A DNA stretch of 64,000 nucleotides, taken from positions 61,144,198-61,208,197 of the forward strand of contig NC_068985.1 of assembly GCF_001194135.2 (NCBI RefSeq), given 5' to 3'. The first letter of the stretch is position 1, and every line of letters begins with the position of its first letter. Below are positions 38,951 to 51,638 of this stretch, in pieces. The translations under genes and the position numbers were made by a program. The notes beneath the pieces are model-generated. The model saw only the letters and a program-made list of their open reading frames with translations. It searched no databases and had not been told where the DNA came from. This DNA comes from Octopus bimaculoides. Lineage: Eukaryota.

Positions 38951-39758
38951 GCATATATGCATTTGTATACACAGGCACATATGCACCAAGCATCTATGAC
39001 TTGTAAATGACAGTCACAATCATACAAACAGTGACATTTACTTCCCATCTTCTGCAAAAACATGTTTAGCAATGAGGAAATATTACCATACTTAGAAACA
39101 AATGAGAATTGGTAACAGGAGGGGCATCTGGCTGTAGAAAACCTGCTGCAACAATTTCCATCTGATCCAATCAAGTATGGAAGAGTGGACTTCTATGCTT
39201 GATTGGATGACATGCACACACATACATAAACAAAAACACATACACATACATACTTACATATACACACAAACACATGCATACATACATTTCAACCTATACA
39301 CATACATACCCACACATATAATGCTCTTGATTGTATATTCATAAACTTAGTGTAAACTAACTGAGCAGTTAAGAAGCATTACATGCTCCTCCTAGAGGTG
39401 TAGCAACTTTGATTAAACATTATGTTTTGTTTTTTTTTTAGTGATTTGTCATGTCATTTGGTACAGTGCAGAGCAAGGACTACAAATTAGGAACAGTTAT
39501 AAAAGAGTGACTACCTGTCTACTTCAACACTTTGGTTACTAATTAAAGTGACAAGAGAACAACTCATTGAAACCAACCATGGTTCCAGAATTATAAGGAA
39601 TTTATTCTAGCTTGGCATGTGTTTGTGGGTGCACATAAAAAAATGTTTAAGTGGATATATAGCACAAAAATAACACACACAACAAAGTTAATATTATGTA
39701 GCAGTGCCACTATCAAGTAGTTTAGCAATATTGAAAATAAATCCAACAGTAGATTCAC

Positions 39759-39803
39759 CTTGTTTGACATTTTAGAATTTTTCCCTTCCATTTTTAAAGG
39801 TTC
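39759..39803 (-). CDS. Putative host exon (45 nt)
   Basis: GCAGTTTTTAG|EPLKMEGKNSKMSNK|GTGAAT. Phase 0 to 0, joins 45208-45282. Confidence 0.45.
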
Positions 39804-39869
39804 CTAAAAACTGCAATAACTTGTTGATATCAAAATTATGATGAATGCAAGAAGTGATTTTTTCTCACA

Positions 39870-40850
39870 ACAATCCCGTCCAGGTTAAAAAACATGGAAA
39901 AGAAATTTTTGATGTATCTATGGGTAACTATGATAGAGCAGAGGTTTGGGATTGATCAGATTATACATCATACACATACTGAATAACAGAACAAGATCCA
40001 TGAGCACAGAACATTACACAGACAATTACTTAAACAGGCACAACATGGACAAACGTTGAAAGACATTGAAATACAACCCTATAGATAATTTCTTACAAGT
40101 AACACTACAGGTAAACACAACTACTACCGTAAATACAATGAATTATATATATAAATAAGAGTTCCACCTATACACACACACCATCATACAGAATATTATA
40201 GACAATATTAACAGACACTATCACTGAGCAGAGAAATATTTAACAATATTGCCCCAACATCAAACTGAAATACAATGCAACTCACAACAAATACTTTCTA
40301 ACATAATAGAAAAAATCATCTGGTTTAACCTACCTCATTGTATAAATGTATATATAGAAATTGCTAGAGTTTTCTTTCCACTGATCAGTGAGTACTTCTT
40401 TGCTTCATACAGATATCACAAAATTTCAACAGAAATTCTTTTAAAGCCTGTTGTAGTTGCATGGGTAACACAAAATTACAAATGTCTAACCATAATTTAT
40501 AAACACCACACTAACAACCTAACCTGATTGTGACTACAACGCACAAAGTGATGCCCTTTATATGGAAAATACCTGATGGAAAAGTAATAAACAAAGCAGA
40601 TGTAGGATTGGTATACTAAACAGTAAAAATGTATACCAGTCTGACCAAGAATACCTGTACAATATGTCACATACTTTTCAAAATACAGTTGGTTCCTAAA
40701 CAGCAGAAGAAAAGAAACAGCTTCATGATAAAATGGTTTATTGTTGCAAAGATAAAAGCATAGAAATGCCAGTATAACCACTGTCAATAATATGCAACTG
40801 AAAAACTTAAGGTTCTTATGCTACTTGGTCATATCTTAATCAGGAGAGAA
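39870..40850 (+). pseudogene. Decayed Penelope-like RT/GIY-YIG region
   Basis: EIFDVSMGNYDRAEV (cf. FDVTMGSYDGAE), IIWFNLP...YHKI then FNRNS (Penelope linker), followed by decayed endonuclease sequence. Confidence 0.8.
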
Positions 40851-41794
40851 GAAATCGTATTGAAATGCCTCTACATAAAAAAAAACAACTCAAACTCTCA
40901 AGCAAATGACTGGATTTCAAACTACAACCAGGCTGAACCTCAATAGACTCAATGCATAAAACAAAGGAAAGTAATTTTTTGATCTTGGGATAGCAATAAA
41001 TTTACCACATAAAACCAAATAAGGAGGCCTGTCTCACTTAAGAGAGTAATGTTTTTATATGCATTACATGATACAAGGTTTACAAAATAAAAAAAATAAC
41101 AGGGAAACACTGCTAGAATTTAAGCTAAAGAAAAATTGATTCTTTTTTAGTTCTGAATTACTGAGATTTTACCTAACACACTTGATCTGTATTAACCAAT
41201 GAAACAATGAGGTCCCAGTGCCATTATGGATTAAGCCTTTTGTTACCATATTTCTGTTCAAATACATTAACTTTGAATTATTTTGAAAATAATTAAGAAT
41301 TTAGAAAAAACAATCCTATTATATTTTTATAATTAAATATTATCAGAAATTATAAGTAAAAAATTGTTAAAATATTTTATATATTGAAGAAGCATAACCA
41401 ATTTCTTGAATATAAATTTTAACAAAATCTTACATGGATCTCCAAGGGCTATATGGACCCCGGTTGAGAACCACTGATTTAGAGTATATCATCATTATCA
41501 TTTAACATCTATTTTCCATGATGGCATGGGTTGGACTATATATATTTTTATTATTTTTGAAGTAGGTTTTAGCTTTGGTATGTCAGGAGACAAAATAAAC
41601 CTACTTCTCTGGAAACTGGCAGAAATAATTTTCAGCTTCGGCTATTCACTCAGGTAATCTCCACATCTTATGCTGAGATCAGCCAAAAAAAAAAAAAAAA
41701 AACCAACAACAATGAGAATAGATTGGAAGTAAAAGGTTGTGAAACTGAAGATGTGCAAACTGTGAAATGGGTTGTGGCTGTAATAACTGTGAAA

Positions 41795-42274
41795 ACTGCA
41801 AAGTAATTTGTGGCCGATGACAGCACCGCCTGACTGGCACCTGTGCCAGTGGAACGTTAAAGCACCATCTGAGCGTGATCATTGCCAGGGCCGCTGACTG
41901 GCTTCCATGCCAGTGGCACATAAAAAGCACCATTTAAGCATGATCGTTACCAGCGTCGCCTTACTGGCATGTGAAAAACAACATTTGAGCAAGGTCGTTG
42001 CGAATGCTGCTGGACTGGCCCTTGTGCAGGTGGCACATAAAAAACACCATTTGTGCATGACTGTCGCCAGTACTGCCTGACTGGCCCTCGTGCCAGTCGC
42101 ACATAAAAGCACCCACTACACTCTTGGGGTGGTTGTTGTTAGGAAGGGCATCCAGCTGTAGAAACTCTGCCAGATCAGATTGGAGCCTGGTGTAGCCATC
42201 TGGCTCGCCAGTCCTCAGTCAAATCATCCAACCCATGCCAGCATGGAAAGCGGATGTTAAACGATGATGGTGAT
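41795..42274 (+). mobile_element. RTE-tailed SINE-like element with about five ~60-bp internal repeats
   Basis: Units contain GCCAGTGGCACATAAAAAGCACC. Tail CCCATGCCAGCATGGAAAGCGGATGTTAAACGATGAT. Confidence 0.8.
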
Positions 42275-42717
42275 CCACTTAAGTTTCAGTCCATACAGAG
42301 TAAAAAATCCTGTATAACTTGAAACCTGCTATGGTTAGATGACAGTTGTTGTACTAATTGCTGTTGGTAGAAGCAGTTGTTGTGAACTGGTCATTAAAGG
42401 GTCCAAATGGTTAATAGCTTGCTCTATTGGTAATGTGACTGCCAGGTCACATCTCAGGCAGTCTGTTTGGAGCTTGACTTCTGTAGCAATAGTAATACAA
42501 TATTTCTAACACAGAATATGGATAGTTCAAATCCATGTCATAAAACATTACCAAACTAATTTCCTGCCGAAAGAGAGCAGTTTTCTTGTGGAAAAAATGT
42601 AGTCATTACCACCCAAGCTACTTGGCTGACATAATATTGCTGCCGATTCTATAGTCAACAACTAGGGATGTTGTTAGTATTTACATAAATATGTTACAAA
42701 TCAAATAAGACACCCAT

Positions 42718-42782
<65 letters not shown>
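42718..42782 (+). repeat. (CA)n microsatellite (representative of many CA, TA, GA, ATT and CAT tracts)
   Basis: Direct inspection. Confidence 0.95.
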
Positions 42783-42783
<1 letters not shown>

Positions 42784-43554
42784 TCAGACAGGATACAACA
42801 GGAAAATTTCCCATATTTTACATGGCCATTGGCATGGTGCTAGTAAAGTTAGACAAGTAGTAACAATGATTTCATAAAATCAATGTATTGCTGTTCTTTA
42901 TCACTTGCCATCATGGGACGCTTAAGATCTAGAGCAAACATTGCAGACAAAACTCAGCATCTATACAAGATTGCATATGTCTGTAGAATGACATCCTTGA
43001 GCAAATTTCTACACAATCCAGCTCAAGATTTGCATAATTTGCTGCATACTACGCGAGTAATATATTGGAGATACTGAGGTTGAAAGATTAGTATCTATAG
43101 AATATTTTTGCAAGTATTCACAGAAACAATGTACACATACACACACACACATATACTGAAAAGCTTGTGTTCACTGGGACTTCAAGTTTCACCTGATGGC
43201 TTATTTCACCTTTATCTCTTCTCCCATTATTGAGTCATCCCTCAGTAAATGTTCCCTTTGTTACTCTTATACTAGCTTTACAATAATAACTTCACTTTAA
43301 TATTCACATATATATACATATATTAATGTTTGGTTTTATGTTATAATAAAAACAATTTTACATTAAACTGACGGATCACTCAATAGTTTTGGTAGAGTAC
43401 AAATTTGCTACTGTCTAACAAGAATAGTATCGACAGTGACTTTGAAGTTCAGGCCAATTAAGCCATCATCAGACTGTCCAACAATGGGTTAGCTGGGCAA
43501 AACTTCAAAGTCAATGTCAATACTATTCATATATATATATATATATATATATAA

Positions 43555-43990
43555 ACAAATAGTAAATGAGTATATGCATATATACGTACAGGTATGTGCA
43601 TACCGACATCCACCTGTATGTATAGGTGCATATCTGGGTACAGGACATTGCAAACAAAACAGAGACGAGAAAACACACAAGCCACATAGAGAACATTCTA
43701 CTTCATCAGCTACCTCCATTTTAACACCGGCGTTTCGAAGAGCTAGGCAGGACGCATCGTTAAAACAGCTCTTCCCATGGACCGCAAATTAAATTTGTAT
43801 ACACAAATTAAATCTTGCCATGGAGGAATGTCGTGGCGGACAAAAAACAAGACAGGAAAACAAACAGAAAAGGCTTTACGGCCAGACGAGAAAAATTGTT
43901 TGTGTATGAACGATGTGAGACACGAACTTGAAAGTAGGGACAAAGTGGTTCGCGTGTTAGCTCGGCGACAGCCAAGGAAGGAAAGGATTA
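43555..43990 (-). mobile_element. Penelope pLTR-like repeat after (TA)n
   Basis: Minus strand GAAGAGCT...AGCTCTTCGAAACGCCGGTGT...CTGATGA. Same layout near 48905, 3380 and 56900. Confidence 0.5.
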
Positions 43991-44437
43991 TATATATTAT
44001 CAACCACACATATTTAATGTATATGCTTTGTATGTTTGCCCTCAAAGCACCAGGTGTTAAAACACCTGAAAGTCATGGACAAATGAGACAACTTGCCCCT
44101 AATCCCATTCAGGAGTGACGGACACCTATGTTTCACCATTTTTGTGGCTTATCAACATTATGTACCCAAATTGAATCGGAGGTGAATTATACCACCAGTC
44201 CACAACTTATATGCATATAGTGTAAAAACAATGTGCTGGTAGGCCCCAACAATGCATATCTAAGAATAAATTCAGATAGAAGCAGCACTAATGTAATAAA
44301 CATTATCAATCATACATACATAACACATATGCTCTGTATGCTTGCTGGTGATTTGATGTAGTGGATATAGCTTACATGTGTGTGTAACAGAGAGAAAGAA
44401 AGAGAGATTGAGAGAGAGTAAGAGAGTGTGTGGGTGT

Positions 44438-44488
<51 letters not shown>

Positions 44489-45207
44489 CGTGCGTGCACA
44501 TGTGCATACCAGTTATAGACTAAAGTTAATTTAAATGTGTGAACCATAGCCATTACTTTTTGACTTTCTGAAAATGTTCATGTCCTCATGAACAATGCTG
44601 ACAGCCATCTGAGGATGGCTAAGTTAACAGAAACTCAAGAGCCATCCAGACACACATACAAAATTATTTTCAAAAAGTCAATAAAAGTAGAGAGATACAA
44701 ACCAATTAAATTACCATATGAAATAGCAGTCACCTCAATACCTGTAATCACAGTTAAAAATTAAGTGGGAAATTTTCAAACTCTGCCTCTCCTCAATAAA
44801 CAATGTGTGTGAAAGCTTTGTTGAAGATGATGCAATAGTCAATTCTAACACTTTAACCTTAATGGGCAGCTGTTTCTTTTTAAGGTGGAATTGCTGCTGC
44901 TGCAACTGCTGCTACTACTACTACTACTACTATTATGAACTATGTGAAAGGTGAGCTACAGCTGGTTGCATGTGTAAAAAATTTCTCCAATACAAAGTTA
45001 ATGTTTTATAACATGTCATTGTTACTAGTGGCTGCATGCACAGCTAAGACATTACACAATACTGAATTAGTGTGTGTGTGTGAACACGTACATATATTAT
45101 GCAGATATATAGTGTGTGTGTGTGTGTGTGTGGGTGTGTGTGTGTGTGTGGGGGGGTGTCTCTCTCTCTCTCTCTCTCTCCACGGGAGAGAGGTAGTGAT
45201 GTCTTAC

Positions 45208-45282
45208 TTTAGTGGGTGTATTTGTATATAATTTATGAATTATGTTGTTTAGCTCCAACTCAACTTTGATCAGGCACTCCAT
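45208..45282 (-). CDS. Putative host exon, possibly the first coding exon
   Basis: TTGCAG|ATG; MECLIKVELELNNIIHKLYTNTPTK|GTAAGA, exactly 25 codons. Confidence 0.55.
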
Positions 45283-47524
45283 CTGCAATTATTCAGTCTT
45301 ATTCCATTCAGGATTAGTGCCTCTGGGTGTGCATTGTCCAATATATCAATTGGATTTTAAGCCTTTTGCTACCATGTTTCTGTTAATATACACTACTGTC
45401 TTTTCAGTTAATTTTGAAAATAATGAATAATTTAATAAAATAACTTTGCTATTATTAAAATGGTGTTTGGGATAAATTAAGAGGAAAAGTTGATGAAAGG
45501 CTTCTATTTAAAACATTCTAAACAGGGCGTTTGTATCATAGAATGAGGGATGATCTTGGGTGGGTTGATAATGAAAGGTAACATGTGATAAAAGGGTGGT
45601 TTGACTGCTATTTCCAGTGAACAACCACAAAGAGGCTCCTTACCAGCTAGAAAGTGTTTCATAAGGACACAGTACTTATATCTAAATCATGCCAAAATCA
45701 ATCTTCATCATCATCATCATTTTAACATCTACTTTTACATGTTTGAAAGGTCAGACAAAACCTCTTTAAACAGATTTTCAATGAATGGATGCTCTTCCCA
45801 TCACCAACTCTCACTTGTTTCCAAACAAGGCAAAATTTTCTCATAGTCTAGACATATTTTTACAGCAGATTTCAATAAATGCCACCAACTGTATGATGCT
45901 AACATTTGTTTACAATTAGCATGTGATGCCAAGACAAAGACACACAGAGATGCAAACATAAATATATGCACAGGTGCATACTCATACTTATATGCTTACA
46001 CATATGCCTATGCACACACACACACACACACACACCTTCATATGACATGCTTCTATTTCAGTTTCTGTTGGTTAAATTCACTCAAAAGTTATTGGTCAGA
46101 CTGAGGCTCTAGTACAAGACAGGTGCCTAAGGTGCCACAGAGTGGCATAGCTACACCTGCAGATATCGTTAACAGATAATCCACTGGCTTTGTTTATCTC
46201 AGTGGTACAAGCTAAATAAAATATAAATGAGGTCACACCACTGATATTGAGTTTGAAACACCGTTTTCTGACTAACCCAAAGGTGCTTTAAGGACATGAA
46301 ACCAATAAAAGCAAAACTTCATTAAAAAGAATTACACCTTCTTTTCTCAGCATAAACTGGATTGGTCAGAAACTTCAGATATTATTAGAACAAGTTTATA
46401 TTTGATGTCATTCCTAATTATCAAGTACCCGAATAGAAATTACACCTGTTTGTGGTTGTATTGGGTGTGGTTACTAAGATATCTTTTCAAATATTGACAT
46501 ACAATGTGAACAATCTTATTGAAAATACTTTTAATTTATTTTTTAAACTTTTTATTTTTTGCCACATTATTCTTTGTCATGTTATTCACAAACAGTAATA
46601 TGAATTAAAACGAAAGTCTCTAGGTGGTAACTCAACCAGTTAAAAATAGCATCCACATCTTCCTCACATTGCAACCTATTATCTTAAAAACAGATGCATT
46701 GGATAACATAATATTGCATACACAATATAGTAAAAGAGATATGATTTTTCACAGTTAGAATGCTGGTAAAAGTCAAGTTTTGAAAAACAAAACATGATTT
46801 TCTTGATGTTTATTATTAATCCACTATATATCCACATTAAACATTTAAAAGCACATGTATCCATCACCATCATCATATTTAATGTCTATGTTCCATGCTG
46901 GCATAAGTTGGACAGTTTGACAGGATTTAGTGGTCCTAAGAACTGCATCATGCTCCAATGTCTATTTTGACAGAGTTTGCCTAGCTAGATGCCCTACCTA
47001 AAACCAAACACTTTACATAGAATACTTGGTGTTTTTTCCTCTTCTTTTGGCACCAGTGCTAGTGAGGTTGCCATGCAACTTTCAAGATTAAAATATTCTT
47101 CAACTGAGTGGGCTACAGTAGATTAGGAGGTAGCTTGGGTAAAAACAAAAATTTGAAAAGGGGCCAGAACAGTACAGATTTCTTACTCTATGATGGCACA
47201 TTTCCCACTATTTTACTTATACTGAAATCAGTAATAATGGTAAGAAATACAAATATTCATTTTACACTGCTATAAGTAGCTCTGACTGTTCAGTATTGTT
47301 CAGTGTCATTATTTGATCTTTCCATTATAAACTGTCTCAGTTTAATTATTCTACTCCATTCTTCTCCCTTTCTGTGAGTGACACAATACAATTTTGATGA
47401 AAAAACAATTATCAATTATCAATAATCATTTTTCTTTCATCTTAAAGTGTTTTATAGAAATAACTGTGTAACACTTAGCAGTGAAGTGGGACATCCTCAA
47501 ACAGGAGTATGCAGATATATACAA

Positions 47525-47680
47525 TATTAAACAATTGCAGTGTGGAAGGTGTTTATAAGCCATTTAAGAAACACACAAAAACCGTTAGATTCACTTCAAC
47601 ATTTAAATTTAATTTGCCAAAATATTTTCGTCTCTTTGAGACCGCGACCTGTTCACTGACAAAATTCCGTGCTGCATCTC
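47525..47680 (-). mobile_element. Short hammerhead-bearing repeat (Penelope pLTR-like)
   Basis: GC-richer island of about 155 bp containing the hammerhead fold below. Family assignment is inferred. Confidence 0.5.
47613..47663 (-). ncRNA. Type I hammerhead ribozyme variant with G3:C8 core
   Basis: UUUGUCA-GUGAACA-G-GUCGC-GGUCUCAAA-GAGAC-GAA-AAUAUU-U-UGGCAAA: 7-bp stem I, stem II, GAAA, palindromic stem III and an NUH site. Confidence 0.6.
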
Positions 47681-48134
47681 CGTAATTCCTAAAATGTTAA
47701 AAATATACTGAAAATAAATATATTGCTTCAAATTATTATTTAGTTAGCAAGAAACAAACAGAGAGAGGTAGAGATCCATTTAGATAATTACAACAGACCA
47801 CAAGTAAAATAGAATTAAGTGTTAAAAACTGTATTGTATAATTAAAGTCATTCCTATTTTAACAACATGGCCTTGTTGCATCACTAAAATACACATTCAC
47901 TAAACGTCATTGTGTATTCATCAGAGATGTTTTTTTTTTTTTTGATGAAGCTTAGCAAATACAGGCTTTACTAAAACATTATGACAATGTTGGAAGAATA
48001 TGCAGGGCTGTCGCTAAGCCCTTGCAACCCCTGCAGTCACAGGGGGCCTCTGCAGTTGAGGGGCCCCATGTTAAGACCAAAGTTCATATATGAGTCATCT
48101 ATTTACTTTGGTTAAGATGTTAACTGAAAATTTC

Positions 48135-49167
48135 AAACCAGACAAGGAGGGTGTACCGTAAATAAATTTAAGAGAAATGAAAAAAGTAAATGAAAAAAGC
48201 CTGTCAACGAATTCCCAAGGGAGATAAAAGAGAAATCCAAAACAAGGAAAATAAGAACAACTTCAACAGAAAAGACAAGAAAGAGAAGCAATGGTATGAC
48301 AGGTGGGGGATGTATACTTACACATACAAACATACACACACATTCATACATGCATACATATATACATACACACACATATATACGACTGACCTTTTACTAT
48401 TTCCATCTACCAAAACCATTCACGAGGCTTTGGCCAACTTGGGACGATAGATAGATAGATGTGTACCAAACACACACATATCTCTTAGTCTCTCTGTTTC
48501 TGTCAGTTTATCTGTCTCTTTCTCCTTCTCTATCTATCTATCTCTCTCCCTCTCTTGTTCTTCATCCTTTCTGTTTTTCTCTCCCAACCCTTCCCTATTC
48601 TTCTCTTCCTTTCACCGTTCCCTCTCTCTCACTCCTCCTCCTTGACCCTCTCGTCGCTGACACGTGACATGATGAAAGGGATTCTTTCTTTCTATTTCCT
48701 GCCTTCCTATAGAGAAGACGTGATTTTTTTGTCTCTCATTCACATCTAACTAGCGTTCAAAATAATAATTTTTCTATCGTCTTGGCCTAACAACCCTTAC
48801 TGTTTGTTTTCACTGTCTTGTCTTGTTCTCACTGTCCTGTTCTTGTTTACACTTTCACCCTCAGCAAAAAATTCCAAATTTTATTTAATTTGCTTTGCGG
48901 GAAGGACTGTTCCAATGAAGTCGCGTATTGTCCTTGACTTCGAAACACGGTGTAGATGGAACAGGGACAACTGATGAAAGGAAATATTCTTTATGTTGCA
49001 TGTCTCATTTCTCTGTTTGTTTTTTTCGTTGTTCGAAAAAGTTTTTCTGTCTTCGTCTATGTTTTCGTTTCTCATTGTGTCTAACATTTCTTTGTGATGT
49101 CCTGTACCCATATATGCATGTATGTATACATATATGTATGGATATATACATATTTTTATATATTATT

Positions 49168-49212
<45 letters not shown>

Positions 49213-49220
49213 TATATATA
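48135..49220 (+). mobile_element. Nested cargo: pLTR-like repeat, SINE fragment and microsatellites
   Basis: SINE piece TTTCCATCTACCAAAACC near 48400, hammerhead-like junction at 48905-48980, terminal (TA)n. Confidence 0.55.
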
Positions 49221-49480
49221 CAGTGGGGGGAAATAAATATTCGTACATGTCAAAATTCTTTATTTATTTAATTTCTAATGAACATAAATGGGATATACCA
49301 ATACTATATTTGCATACACATGCATAAACTAAGAATATGCAAAAGAAACTAATAAATTATAGTAACTAATGAATTTATATACAATTATAAATATTTAGAG
49401 GTGAAAAAAGTATCCATACAGAATAAATTTATGATTTTTTATGCCACAAAATACTGTTAAAATAATTTTTTTTTTTACTA
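49221..49480 (+). mobile_element. Tc1-like terminal fragment nested in the hAT
   Basis: TA|CAGTGGGGGGAAATAAATATT resembles Tc1 TIR starts. No partner TIR found. Confidence 0.45.
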
Positions 49481-49561
49481 GAATTTTCTCGTTTGTTCCA
49501 AAAATCTTATCAGTAGTCATTTTTAAGTGTCAAAACACTCATTTCTTCATTCAGCACTGAG

Positions 49562-51638
49562 ACAACATAATACCGACTTCTATTCTAAGACGCTGCCAAA
49601 TGACAAAATGATAGTTCAAAAGTATCTTCTATGTTCAGTTCAGCATGATGCGGTATATTGTTTCTGCTGCAAGCTGTTTGATCGCAGAAAAAAATTAGAC
49701 TAACATCTGAAGGATTCAACAGTTGGCATTATTTGAGCAAGACCTTAGAATATAAGAAATCAATGGACCATAGACAGAACATGATGAAATGGAAGGAGCT
49801 TGAATTTTGCCTTAAAACAGCTTCAACTCTTGACAAACAGGCAACTGCTTTAGTGGAAAAGGAGAGAGCTCATTATCATGCAATGTTAGAACGTATCTTG
49901 ACAATTGTTCTGTTTTTAGCAGAGAGGAATATGGCCTTTTGAGGTGTTTCCAATAGGCTCTACATCTATGGTAATGGAAATTTTTTAGGTGAAGTGCAGT
50001 TGCTTGCAAAGGTCAATCCCATTCTGGCAGAACACCTGCGGCATATTCAGAATGCAGAAATTAGTGGCTCATTATTTGGGATCTGATAGTCAAAATTAAT
50101 TGATATCACTCATTTCTGACCACATTTTAAAAGAAATCACCAATCGGGCGAAGGCTGCTAAATACTACAACATTGTAATCGTTTGCATGCTGGATATCAG
50201 TCATCAGGAGCAAATGACCATGAGCATCTATTTCATTGAACTTCAAGAAGACAAAACTGAAATCAAAGAGTACTTTGTTGGGTTTTTGAAAGTTACTGAC
50301 ACAAGTGGAGCCGGACTTTTTGAATCACGCTTGGAGAAGCTCATTTCGTTGGGACTGGATCTGATGTATTGTAGAGGCCAAAGTTATGATAATGGCAGTA
50401 ATATGAAGGGAAAACATGCTGGATTCCAAGCAAGGTTTCTACAGAAGAATCCGTGAGCATTCTATTTACCTTGCATGAATCACAGTCTAAACCTTGTTGT
50501 GTGCGATGCAGCAAACTCATCAGTGATGGTTGTCTCTTTGGTTACTTCCAGCATATATATTCATTTTTTGCAGCATCAATTTCTAGATGAAACACTTTGA
50601 AGGAATTCTGCTCCATTACTGTGAAATATCCATCACAGACTCACCGGGAAAGCAAAAGTGAAAACATAAAAACCCTTCGATTCAAAACCAAAGACATCCA
50701 TAGCGCATTGATAAGCATTTGTAACACTTCAAAAGGTAAAAATTCCAAAGCTTACTCAGAAGCAAATGCATTAGCTGCAGAAATTGCTTCCTTCTGTTTT
50801 CTTCTGTGTTTGGTAATATGATACGATATGCTAACTGATGTCAATAAGGTCAGCAAACTACTTTCAGCATGCCAACATGCAAACTGACGTTGCCCAGGAG
50901 CTTATCTCATCCACACAGTCCTTGTTGCACAGTTATTGAGAAAACAAAACGTTTTTCTCTTCAACAGTCAATGTAGTAACTAAATTATGTAAACAACTGG
51001 AGATACCAGTGGAGATGCCAAGTGAAAGGAAACCGTGTGCCACACCGCTTTGGATATGAAAGTAAAGATGAATCTTTTGTTGGTGCTTTGCAAAATTTGA
51101 AAGTGCATTTCATTTTTCATGCAATCAATATTGCTCTTGCCTCCCTTGGTGAATGCTTTGACATGTTGAGCAAGCACATCTTTGCATTCCTTTACAACAT
51201 TCCTTTACTGAAACACTGGGAAAATCAGAAGCTATTGGAACACTGTGCAATTGTTTCCACTGCACTAACAGTACATACTGATGATGACATTGTCAAGGCA
51301 GATAATGTAAAGACAGAGCTAGTAGAAGAGCTTCATTCACTTTTGCATTTTCTATCACCTGAGTGCAAGAAATTCCATGATGTGGACAATTATATATTCA
51401 GAAATATGGCCTTATGGAGATTTTTCCTAATGTGTTAGTGGCTTTGCAAATTATCCTTTCAATGCCTGTGAGTGTTGCAAGCAGAAAGTGCAGTTTCTCC
51501 AAATTAAAGTTGATTAAATCATACCTGCAGTCCACTATGGCACAGGGAAGACTTTGTGGATTGTCTATGATATCTATCGAACATGAACTTAGCTCTCAGC
51601 TTGATTATTCTGAACTGATCGATGATTTCACAAAGTGA
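49562..51638 (+). pseudogene. hAT transposase (ZMYM1/TTF-type, DUF4371, hATC dimerization)
   Basis: VYCFCCKLF, GNFLGEVQLLAK, DISHQEQ, RGQSYDNGSNMKG, CMNHSLNL and MPVSVAS..SFSKLKLIKSYLQSTM.QGRL. Multiple stops and frameshifts. Confidence 0.95.
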
